Shown here: positions 9,902 through 18,308 of the stretch, piece by piece | How the letters are laid out: every line of letters starts with the position of its first letter | How positions within the stretch are numbered: the stretch's first letter is position 1 | DNA from: a bacterium | GTDB lineage: Bacteria > Desulfobacterota > DSWW01 | Assembly (NCBI GenBank): GCA_040756235.1 | Contig: JBFLZG010000002.1 | Location: forward strand, 1 to 64,000 | Length of the DNA: 64,000 nt | Direction: 5' to 3' | Notes under the pieces: model-generated | Seen by the model: only the letters and a program-made list of their open reading frames with translations | Told to the model about the DNA's origin: nothing | The model's database searches: none | Made by a program: the position numbers and the translations under genes

Positions 9902-12265
9902 TCACTCTACCGACAGCAGAACCGGGGCCGAAGGAGGTGTCCGGTCCACGCCGTCGGGCGGCGGAGGCAGCGTCGGAGGGCCCAAGCCGGACTCCGGGGC
10001 GACAAGGATCTTGTCCGAGAGAGCGCTTTCGTTGCCCTGGTTGTCCACGGCCCTGACGGCGTACGCGTAGGTGACGCCATTGTCTACGGAATCGTCGAGG
10101 AAGTCGGTTCCGGCGCAGGGCCCCGAATTCGCGCGGTGCAGGAAAGGTCCCTCGGTGCATCGAGACCGATAGACGTTGTATCCTTTCAGGTCCGCCTCCT
10201 GGTTGCGATTCCAGGTGAGTCTGACCGCACCGTCGCCGGGCCCCCCGGAGAGCCCCGTGGGCGGCAGCGGAGGAATGGAGTCGGATCCGGTCTTCTCGAA
10301 CACGAAGATCGTGACGGAGTGCTTGGGAAAGTGATACGAGAAGGTGCTGCCGGGGACCGTCAGGGTGCGCTGGGTGGTCTTCACGCAATCTCCGGACGGG
10401 CAATCCTCGGGTTCGTTGTTCGCACCCGGCGAAGGGCCCGTGAGGGAGAGGACCTTGACCTTGCTTTTCGGGCGGAAGTCTTTCAGATCAACAGGTACGT
10501 CGTACCCTCTTTCGGGGTCCAGATTGACGACGAAGAGGGAGAGTCTGTTTCCGCTCTTCGACACCGTGGCGAGAGCCTGAAGGTAGTCGTTCTCAAAGTC
10601 CTGGTTTGCGTAACCGATGGTGAGGCCGGTCTGCGGCCCGGAGAGAAAGGTCGGCGCGCCCCGGACTTCCGCCGGGACCACGAAATCGAGCACGTTCCAG
10701 CGGTAGGCCTTCAGCAGATGAAAGGACGGCCTCCTGTGAGGGTCCGGCCTGCCCGACTCGCGGGTCTCGCCGTCGTAGGCCACCCCTTCCAGAACGCCGA
10801 CTCCGTCCTGCTCCTGGAACAGGAGCCAGTAATTGGCCAGGGGAACACCGCTGCCGAGGAAGAAGTTGTAGATACAGGCCAGGCTCAACGTTTCGCGCAG
10901 CGTACAAGCCTTCGAAAGGTAGGGAGGCTGCATGCAAACCTGATACTGGACATTCAATTCCGTGAAAAAGATGGGCTTCCCCCCGGTATACGGCTGGATC
11001 TGATTGTAGAAGTATTCGACCGTCTTCCAGCTTCCCTGGAGACACTTGTACCATTCCAGACTATCCTTCAGGTCCACCCAGGCGGACTCGGAACCTCCTG
11101 CCCATTGACGGAAGAGCTGAAGCTGCTGAGCAACGTGCAAGGGCTTTCCCGGAAGCTTCTCCACCTGCAACCTCACGAGGTGACGCCCGGGTAGAAGCCG
11201 GAACGCTTCCGTGCGGAGGGCCGCCAAAGGGGCCTGAAGCGTCCAGTCGCCCTTCAGGGCGCCATCCACCCACAGGCTCAGACGGGGACATTCGCCGCGG
11301 GAACACGCTCCCTCCACGAGGAACTGGAAGGAATGGTCTCCCTCCTGCTCCACCTCGAAGGGCGCCTCGAGACTCGTGCCGCTGCGCACGAACGTGAGCC
11401 CGTCCACGTGTCCGCTCACGGCCGGCATGTGGGAGTGATGGATGAAGAAGTCGAACGCACTGCCGGCGCTTTCCAGCATGAACTGGTGATAGCGCAGCCA
11501 GTCCGCGTTCTGCCAATAAGCGTCGAGACCCGTGCCACCGCCTATGACGCCGATCCGGATGCCGGGGTCGATGGCCTTCATGGCCTGCGAATAGGACCTC
11601 ACGCGGTCCGCGTAATTCTCCCAGCCGGGAAACGTCTCCTCGTTCCCCAGCTCCCAGTACTTCACGCCATAAGGCTCCTTGTGGCCGTTGGCGGCCCGGA
11701 GCGCAGCCCAGTCGGTCCCGCCTCCGGGGTTGGAACCATCGTCCGGGGCGTTGCAGTACTCGACCCAATCTGCCGCGTCCTGGACCGATCCGGGTCTGGC
11801 CCCCGCAACGGACACATTGACCACCAGGATGGCCTCGGCCGCCACTTCTTCCGCGTATTGCAGGAATTCGTCCGTGCCGAAGGTTTGCGGGATCCCCTCT
11901 CCGCCGTAATCCGGATTGCGGCTTTCGATGGGGCCTATCCCGTCCTTCCAGAAGAAGCTGTTGGCGCCCAGACCGTGGGGATAACGTATCACGGTGGGCC
12001 CGAGCTCCTGGATATAGGGCAGGTAGTAGTTCCAGGTCCGTTTGGCCGTATCGTATTGTTGCTGATTGGCGATCCATTGGCTGAAGCCCATGGATTCCCC
12101 GCCGCACATCACGGAGTTGCCGAAAACGAGCGGACTCACGGCCTGCCGGGCCCCGGCGGGCTCGACCAGGATTTCGACTCCGCGCGCGCCCGCTGGCATC
12201 GTCGTGAGACCTGCGAAGGTGAAGACGGCGGACAGGATCGTGAAGCGAAAGGAACGTCCGTGCAT
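9902..12265 (-). CDS. secreted GH51-like (alpha-L-arabinofuranosidase-type) glycoside hydrolase with C-terminal FN3 domain
   Basis: Signal peptide; IRYPHG, WKDGIGP, FGTDEF, AADWVEYCN, YWELGNE (acid/base), FTELN (nucleophile), FPKHSVT; FN3 (LTWN...GYNVYR...YAYAVRAVD). Confidence 0.8.
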   Translation of the reverse strand: MHGRSFRFTILSAVFTFAGLTTMPAGARGVEILVEPAGARQAVSPLVFGNSVMCGGESMGFSQWIANQQQYDTAKRTWNYYLPYIQELGPTVIRYPHGLGANSFFWKDGIGPIESRNPDYGGEGIPQTFGTDEFLQYAEEVAAEAILVVNVSVAGARPGSVQDAADWVEYCNAPDDGSNPGGGTDWAALRAANGHKEPYGVKYWELGNEETFPGWENYADRVRSYSQAMKAIDPGIRIGVIGGGTGLDAYWQNADWLRYHQFMLESAGSAFDFFIHHSHMPAVSGHVDGLTFVRSGTSLEAPFEVEQEGDHSFQFLVEGACSRGECPRLSLWVDGALKGDWTLQAPLAALRTEAFRLLPGRHLVRLQVEKLPGKPLHVAQQLQLFRQWAGGSESAWVDLKDSLEWYKCLQGSWKTVEYFYNQIQPYTGGKPIFFTELNVQYQVCMQPPYLSKACTLRETLSLACIYNFFLGSGVPLANYWLLFQEQDGVGVLEGVAYDGETRESGRPDPHRRPSFHLLKAYRWNVLDFVVPAEVRGAPTFLSGPQTGLTIGYANQDFENDYLQALATVSKSGNRLSLFVVNLDPERGYDVPVDLKDFRPKSKVKVLSLTGPSPGANNEPEDCPSGDCVKTTQRTLTVPGSTFSYHFPKHSVTIFVFEKTGSDSIPPLPPTGLSGGPGDGAVRLTWNRNQEADLKGYNVYRSRCTEGPFLHRANSGPCAGTDFLDDSVDNGVTYAYAVRAVDNQGNESALSDKILVAPESGLGPPTLPPPPDGVDRTPPSAPVLLSVE

Positions 12266-12339
12266 GATCTGCTCGACCTCACGTCAGGAGCTGTCAGGGG
12301 AGTGCTGGCGATTCCGGAACTACGGTTCGCAAGGGAAAA

Positions 12340-12356
12340 AGCAAAGCACGTTCCAA
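12340..12356 (-). promoter_or_regulatory. sigma54 (-24/-12) promoter for the GH51-like gene
   Basis: Minus strand TTGGAACGTGCTTTGCT, GG-N10-GC, one mismatch to TGGCACG-N4-TTGCW; about 75 bp upstream of the ATG, with AT-rich DNA further upstream. Confidence 0.7.
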
Positions 12357-12608
12357 TCGTTTCTTGTCATGCAAGGCCCTCCATGGGGAGTCGGTTCTCC
12401 ATTCAGAACAGTAAGATACAAGTAGAAGAAAAAAAGGAATATCTACAGAACAGATTCCTGGGGTCGTATGGATCACCAAAAAGTGCACGACTTGCCGAAA
12501 ATTGTCATCCGTAGCAGTCTGTCTTGCAGCGCGGGAATCCGCAAGGAAGCGGGAGGCCCCGGAGCCGTCCCGGCTGTCAAATGTTTGACTCGCCGTTCTC
12601 CAGCCGGC

Positions 12609-12770
12609 TATATAGAGCCTGTCCCAAAACGCCCATCTGCGGCGTTGCGCTCGTCCCTCGTTACCGGCGTACTGAAATGTACGCCTCATTCCTCGGGATT
12701 TCGCGCGCCTTGCATCTGGGCATTTTTGAACAGGCTCTCGAACTGGGGGTTGTGGGACAAGCTCTATATA
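12609..12770. repeat. MITE-like repeat family 1, copy C
   Basis: Terminal inverted repeats TATATAGAGCCTGTCCCA / TGGGACAAGCTCTATATA (1 mismatch); core nearly identical to copies A and B. Confidence 0.88.
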
Positions 12771-12841
12771 TATGGAACCGTCTTCCGGTCGAGAGGCCTC
12801 CGTCCGCGACCGGCATGCGGCTCCGCTCGGGGTTGTGGCGA

Positions 12842-14539
12842 ATGAACGACCGATCCATCCCACAGTGGATCTTCGATGTATGCACGGCTGATTCCGCTCT
12901 CGGCTACAGACTCCAATGGATCTTCGTTCTGACACTGACCGCCGCCCTGTCGCTTCTTCTCCTCCGCATGGGAGCCCCCCACATTGCCGTCATGCCGTGG
13001 GACATCTTCATCCAGCTTGACGGCGGGTGGCGAATCCTGAACGGCCAGATCCCCCATGTGGACTACTACACGCCTCTGGCCCCTTTGCCTTTTCTGCTGA
13101 CCGCCGCCGGAATGAAGCTTGCCCCGCCCTCGACCTCTGCCATTACGTACGGGAACGTGATCCTTCTGGCTGTGGCGACGCCTTGGGCCTGGCTCATCGC
13201 CCGAAGTCGCATGTCGACGGTCCATGCACTGCTGTTCGTGTCGTTCACCGCCTTTCTGCTGATCGCCCCCAGGGCCCTGGGTGATACCCCGCGAGCGACC
13301 ACGTACGCCATGATCTACAACCGCTTCGGGTTCGCCCTGCTGTCGATGCTCTTCGTGGAACGGCTCCTCATGCCCCGCGGTCCGATGCGGCCCCGGGCGT
13401 GGCTGCTTGGAGCTTTTTCGAGCGGGCTGATCCTGGCCCTTCTCCTGCTGTGCAAGATCACTTATTTCATCTTCGGCATAGCGGGGGTTCTGCTCCACCT
13501 GTTCCTTCGGCGGGAAAAGAGGATTTCTCAATCCATTTCGATGATCGTCGGCTTTTCCGTCGTCGCGGCCGCGGCCGGGCTCCTCCTGCGCCTCGATCTG
13601 GCCGCGCTGGTCTCGGATGCCGCTCTTGCCTCCATGAGGCAGTCCCCCGTGAGGTTCTGGCTGGCCTTGCGGCTTCTTCTCAGCAACTTCCCCCAGTTCT
13701 ACCTCCTGTTCTTCGCGATGCTCGTCCTGATGGCCGGGGGGTGGCCTGCAGAGCCTCCGCCGGGCCGGCGCTTCTTGCGGCACGAGCCGGTCCTGACATC
13801 GTCCTTCATCGCCTTCTCCGGTCTGGTCCTTTGTTCGACGAACTGCCAGCCGGCGGACATCCCCCTCCTCTTCATCGCAGGGCTGGTTCTGGCGGAGTAT
13901 TTGCGGCGGGCGATCAGGAGTGAGGAAAATCCGGGGAGGCCGATCCTCCAGACCACGGCAGGCATCAAGTACCTTGCCGCCGTCATGGTGGCCACCTACT
14001 TGTTCGCCGGCATCTTTCTCAAAGACGTGACCAGCACGATGTACGCCGTCGCGTGGCACGAGCTCGCACTCCCGCGCTGCCCGGACAGCGAGCGCCTGCA
14101 ATCGAGGACTCTGCGTGATTTTGTGGTGGATCGCTCGGCAATTGTCTCGACGGTCGTGCCGAGGACGAACGTGGAGGCGTTCACGGTCCAGATCAATGAC
14201 GGCCTGTCCCTGCTGCGCCGCCACGCTTCGAAAGACACCCGGGTCCTGACCATGGGTTTTTCGAATCCCTTCTCCTTCGCCCTCGAGCTGCCTCCTCCCC
14301 GGGGCGACGCGCTCTGGTGGCAGGTAGACGTGACCTTCAATGAGACGTTGTTTCCCGCAGGCGAGAAGGTCTTCAACGACGTGGATCTGGTGATGGTGCC
14401 CAGGTTCCCGGAGCGTACCGAGGCTACGGCTACCATGGAGCGAATCTACAGAGATCGGCTGGACCTGCTGTTCTATGAAAAGGAAACCACGTCCTTCTGG
14501 ACGTTGCTGGCCCGGAAGCCGGATCGCCCCGGCGGCTGA
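12842..14539 (+). CDS. polytopic membrane protein, possibly a GT-C fold glycosyltransferase
   Basis: Many hydrophobic helices; early loop WDIFIQLDGGWRILNGQIPHVDYYTP resembles GT-C proteins; soluble C-terminal domain; start uncertain. Confidence 0.55.
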   Translation: MNDRSIPQWIFDVCTADSALGYRLQWIFVLTLTAALSLLLLRMGAPHIAVMPWDIFIQLDGGWRILNGQIPHVDYYTPLAPLPFLLTAAGMKLAPPSTSAITYGNVILLAVATPWAWLIARSRMSTVHALLFVSFTAFLLIAPRALGDTPRATTYAMIYNRFGFALLSMLFVERLLMPRGPMRPRAWLLGAFSSGLILALLLLCKITYFIFGIAGVLLHLFLRREKRISQSISMIVGFSVVAAAAGLLLRLDLAALVSDAALASMRQSPVRFWLALRLLLSNFPQFYLLFFAMLVLMAGGWPAEPPPGRRFLRHEPVLTSSFIAFSGLVLCSTNCQPADIPLLFIAGLVLAEYLRRAIRSEENPGRPILQTTAGIKYLAAVMVATYLFAGIFLKDVTSTMYAVAWHELALPRCPDSERLQSRTLRDFVVDRSAIVSTVVPRTNVEAFTVQINDGLSLLRRHASKDTRVLTMGFSNPFSFALELPPPRGDALWWQVDVTFNETLFPAGEKVFNDVDLVMVPRFPERTEATATMERIYRDRLDLLFYEKETTSFWTLLARKPDRPGG

Positions 14540-14623
14540 GTCGTCCGTTTCCGGTCGCCGGCTTTGAGGGAAGAGATTGTCGTCAGGGTGATGGGAGGAG
14601 GGTTACAGCTGAACAGGTGACCG

Positions 14624-15625
14624 CTATCGTGCGGCGGCCTTTTCTTCCTGGAGAAGCTTCCGGAGGAGCTCGTTTTCCGCGGCCTTCTCCTTCTGGTATT
14701 CGAGAAAGACCCCGTGCTGGCTCTCATCCAGCACCTTCCCCAGCTTCTCGCCGGTTTCTCTGTCCAAGGAAGCCTTCTGGTCCAAGGAATCCTCTATTCT
14801 CCGGGAGACGGGCTCCTCTGCCTGGGGCCCGGTCGGGGCCGGTGGGGTCCGGCCCTTTTCGAATTGCTCCTGCAGGATTTCCCGGACCTGCGCCGACTGC
14901 TCGTCGCTCAGCCCGAGCCGCCAGTCGAGCTCGAAGAGGTCTCTCTCGACCGGGGAGGCGCCGGCGAGAGACCTCTTCTTGTCCGTGTACTCCCGGTAAC
15001 GCTCCGACTGGGCCGAGCTCAGGACGCCCTGCAGCTCGTCTTCCAGGGTTCTCCCCGACGACGGGCCTCTGGGCGGCTCGTTTCTCCTCCTCGTCAGGAT
15101 CTCTTCGAGCGCCGTGCGTTGCTCCTGGCTCAGCTCCAGCACGGCGGCGAGTTCTCCGACCTGCCGGTTCACCTCGTGTGCCACCAGCTCCTTCATGACG
15201 GGCTGAGTGAAGATTCTGGAGAAGATGTTCCCGAGGCCCTTTCCGGCCGGTTGATCCAGGTCCTCTCCCGGGTGCGTGCCAGGGCCCGCGGCCTCGGGAC
15301 CCGAAGGTGCGGCCCCGGGGCCTTCGGACAATGGAGAGGTCGACTCCGGTGAAGGCGCTGCCGTCGGGGCGGAGGCCGGCGCCTTCTGCTCGAGCTCGCT
15401 CACCCGCTGCCTGAGCGAGGCCAGCTCCTGCCGCTGTCTTTCGATCTCGGCAAAGCTGAAATGCTGCGTCGTGCCGTCGGGCAGCACGACCTCGAGGACC
15501 TCTCCGGCGCTCACCCTCGGCGCCGAAGCTTCCCGTTCGAGCAGCATCAGCCCGTAGGCCACGGCCATGCCGGCGACGAAGCTCAGCAGGATCCGAAGGG
15601 TGTTTCTCTTCATCGTTTCCGTCAC
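14624..15625 (-). CDS. hypothetical membrane-anchored coiled-coil protein
   Basis: N-terminal TM helix, coiled coil, Pro/Ala linker, repeated LxLSxEQ...LSxxQ helical motifs; starts 7 bp downstream of trpD. Confidence 0.6.
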   Translation of the reverse strand: MTETMKRNTLRILLSFVAGMAVAYGLMLLEREASAPRVSAGEVLEVVLPDGTTQHFSFAEIERQRQELASLRQRVSELEQKAPASAPTAAPSPESTSPLSEGPGAAPSGPEAAGPGTHPGEDLDQPAGKGLGNIFSRIFTQPVMKELVAHEVNRQVGELAAVLELSQEQRTALEEILTRRRNEPPRGPSSGRTLEDELQGVLSSAQSERYREYTDKKRSLAGASPVERDLFELDWRLGLSDEQSAQVREILQEQFEKGRTPPAPTGPQAEEPVSRRIEDSLDQKASLDRETGEKLGKVLDESQHGVFLEYQKEKAAENELLRKLLQEEKAAAR

Positions 15626-15632
15626 CTGCCTC

Positions 15633-16691
15633 TCATTGGGCCGCCGCCTGCGTGAACTCGACGATCTGCCGGAGCTTGGCCAGGCCGAGCCCTCGATCGA
15701 TCGAGTCCCGGGCCATCTCGATCCCCTCGGTCAGACCGAGCGCCGCGCCGGCCGCGTAGAGGGCCGCGCCGGCATTGAGCAGGACCACGTCCCTCCTGGG
15801 GCCCGGATGCCCTTGAAGAACATCGAGAATCAGCCGGGCGTTGGATTCGGCCGCTGCGCCGCGGAGGTCGGAAGCGCTCGAGACCGGTATCCCGAACGCG
15901 CTCGGGTGCAACGTATCTTCGCGCACTTCGCCGGCGATGAGCTCGCATACGAAAGTCTCGCCCGCGGTCGTGATCTCGTCCATGCCATCGGCGCCGTGGA
16001 CCACGAGGGCTCTCCGGCAGCCGAGTTCCCTCAGGGCCGCGGCGACCAGTCGGGTGAGGCCCTTGCGGTAGACTCCGACGACCTGCACGGTCGCTCCGGC
16101 CGGGTTGGTCAGGGGGCCGAGGACGTTGAAGATGGTGCGTATGCCGATCTCCCTGCGCGGGATCACGGCGTGCTTCATGGCCGGATGGAGGGAAGGCGCG
16201 TAAAGGAATCCCAGCCCGCAGCGGCGGATGCAGAGGCCGACGCGCTCGGGGGACAGATGCAGATTGATGCCGAGAGCCTCGCAGACATCGGCGCTGCCGC
16301 ACGAGCTGGACACCGACCGGTTGCCGTGCTTGGCCACCGGAACGCCTGCGCCGGCCACGACGAAGGCAGCTGCAGTGGAGATGTTGAACGTGTGCGTCTG
16401 GTCTCCGCCGGTACCGCAGGTATCGACCAGCAGCCGCTCGCACGCGCGCCCCGGCGGGTTTGCCCTACCTTCCGCATCTTCCCATGGGATCGCGGTGGCG
16501 CGCTCGCGCATCACGCGCGCAGCGGCGGTGATTTCCACGACCGTTTCGCCCTTCATGCGCAACGCGGTGATCAGGGAGGCGATCTGGGACGGGGTGGTCC
16601 GGCCGTCCATGATCTCCTGCATGACCGCCCGCACCGCGTCCTCGGCGAGGTCTTCCCTCTGGACTACCCTGGCAATGGCTTCCTGGATCAT
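15633..16691 (-). CDS. trpD: anthranilate phosphoribosyltransferase
   Basis: DTCGTGGD, FNIST, AKHGNRSVSSSCGSAD, RTIFNVLGPLTNP, DGMDEI; start MIQEAIA at 16691. Confidence 0.95.
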   Translation of the reverse strand: MIQEAIARVVQREDLAEDAVRAVMQEIMDGRTTPSQIASLITALRMKGETVVEITAAARVMRERATAIPWEDAEGRANPPGRACERLLVDTCGTGGDQTHTFNISTAAAFVVAGAGVPVAKHGNRSVSSSCGSADVCEALGINLHLSPERVGLCIRRCGLGFLYAPSLHPAMKHAVIPRREIGIRTIFNVLGPLTNPAGATVQVVGVYRKGLTRLVAAALRELGCRRALVVHGADGMDEITTAGETFVCELIAGEVREDTLHPSAFGIPVSSASDLRGAAAESNARLILDVLQGHPGPRRDVVLLNAGAALYAAGAALGLTEGIEMARDSIDRGLGLAKLRQIVEFTQAAAQ

Positions 16692-16834
16692 GCAAGGCTC
16701 TCCGGCCGGCTGTGGGCGAGGCCGCCGCATCTCGTGGCGTGTGGCATCCCGAGCGCGGGCTTCGACGGCACCGGGACTGCCGGCCGCAAGGGCTATGATC
16801 GAATGGAAGTCCGGAAAAATCAAGGGCGAGGAGG

Positions 16835-16925
16835 CAGGCGATAAACGGCCATCTGCGGCGTTGTGCTCATGGGGCGTGGAGGCGAGGGCAGCCTGCCCCG
16901 GCGCAGGGCGGGGTACCCCAGTCCG
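16835..16925. repeat. MITE-like repeat family 1, partial variant copy D
   Basis: CGATAAACGGCCATCTGCGGCGTTGTGCTCATGG...GCCTGCCCCGGCGCAGG matches the reverse complement of about 57350-57425. Confidence 0.65.
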
Positions 16926-16956
16926 AACGCAAAATTGACTCACGCTTTTGTAGGGG

Positions 16957-17997
16957 CTATCCCTGACGGGCGCTTTCCAGCAGGGCGGTGGCGATCCGCT
17001 CCAGGTCCTGTCTGGCAACTGAGGGGGGAAAGGCGCACAGGGAGCGCAGCGCGCGGTGGATCCATTGCCGCGCCTTGCGGGCGGTGTAGGAGAAACCGCC
17101 CAGGCGAGAGAGCAGATCGCGGACTTCCTCCAGGCAGCGTTCGCGTCCGGCGTGGCTGAAGATCTGACAGAGTCTTTCGCGCGAGCTCGGGGTGGCGCGC
17201 CGTAGAGCCGCCAGCACCGGCAGGGTCACCTTCGCCTCGGCCAGGTCCTTGCCCGTCTCCTTGCCTGACACCGCGGTCGGCGCGGTGTAGTCCCGGAGGT
17301 CGTCGAGCGCCTGGAAAGCGAGTCCCAGGTGCAGGCCGAATCTCTCGAGAGCCGCGATCTCCGTGCGGCCGCCGCGCGTGACGATGCCTCCCAGCCTGCA
17401 GCTGGCGCTCATCAGGGAGGCGGTCTTCTTGCGGATGATCTCCACGTAGCGGCCTTCTTCGAGGTCCAGGTTGCCCTGGTTGCGGATTTCCAGCATCTGG
17501 CCCTCGACGAGCTCGATGAGCGTCTCCACGGCCGTGGTGAGGACGGAAGGAATTCCGGTGCGGACGGCCAGGTCGGTCACCGCTGCCAGCAGGAAATCGC
17601 CCGCGAGGATCGCCACCGCATCCCCCCACAGCCAGTTGACCGAGGGCAGGTTTCTGCGCACCCGGGCATGATCCATGACGTCGTCGTGCAGCAGGGTGCC
17701 GTTGTGGAGCAACTCGACCAGGGAAGCGGCCCGCACCACGTTCGGCCGGAGGGCGGGCGCCGTGTCGATGAGCCGGCTCGCACCGTACAGGAGCGCGGAC
17801 CGCAGCCGCTTGCCCGGCGCGCCGAGCACGTAGCGGATGACCGGCTGCAGCCCGTCCGCGGGCGTGCGGATGGCGGACAGGATCTCCTCGGTCGTGATCC
17901 CGCCGAGCAGGCCGGCCCCGGAGGCGACCATCCCTTCTCCGGAGGGTTTGATCGCTTTCGGCTCGGGGAGGGGTCGTCCGAGCGGCCCGAATCCCAT
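16957..17997 (-). CDS. polyprenyl diphosphate synthase
   Basis: GKRLR, LLHDDVMD (FARM), AILAGDFL, KKTASL, FQALDDLRD (SARM), GKDLAEAKVTLP; start uncertain. Confidence 0.9.
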   Translation of the reverse strand: MGFGPLGRPLPEPKAIKPSGEGMVASGAGLLGGITTEEILSAIRTPADGLQPVIRYVLGAPGKRLRSALLYGASRLIDTAPALRPNVVRAASLVELLHNGTLLHDDVMDHARVRRNLPSVNWLWGDAVAILAGDFLLAAVTDLAVRTGIPSVLTTAVETLIELVEGQMLEIRNQGNLDLEEGRYVEIIRKKTASLMSASCRLGGIVTRGGRTEIAALERFGLHLGLAFQALDDLRDYTAPTAVSGKETGKDLAEAKVTLPVLAALRRATPSSRERLCQIFSHAGRERCLEEVRDLLSRLGGFSYTARKARQWIHRALRSLCAFPPSVARQDLERIATALLESARQG

Positions 17998-18060
17998 CAC
18001 ATTTCCCTTCCCATCGCGGGGTTCCTCCGCTGGAGGAGCAAGAGGAGTGCCAGCCAGCAC

Positions 18061-18150
18061 AGGTGAAAGGGTAAAGGCCAAAGGTCAAAGGGAAGAAAGG
18101 TGGAAGCCTCGCATCGCTCTTACCTTTTCCAGCCCTTTACCCTTTCACCC
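18061..18150. repeat. inverted heptamer tandem array
   Basis: AGGTGAA-AGGGTAA-AGGCCAA-AGGTCAA-AGGGAAG followed by the complementary CCCTTTACCCTTTCACC. Confidence 0.6.
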
Positions 18151-18308
18151 GTTCAAGTCGCTGCGAGATTCGGAGAAGGAAAGGATGGGGGGTGCGGATC
18201 CCGGGCCGGGAATCCACCTGTGAGCCTCTCTTCACAGCAGCAACGGCCAGTTCCTTCACACCGGCGCCAGCGGTTCGGCGGGCAAGGGGAGCTCCCGGGA
18301 GGAGGCCG

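Noticed and set aside
12524..12841. N-terminal extension of the membrane protein, and short ORFs sharing 'CPKTPICGVALV' or 'QMQGARN' peptides
   Set aside because: These are translations of the family-1 repeat, not conserved proteins.
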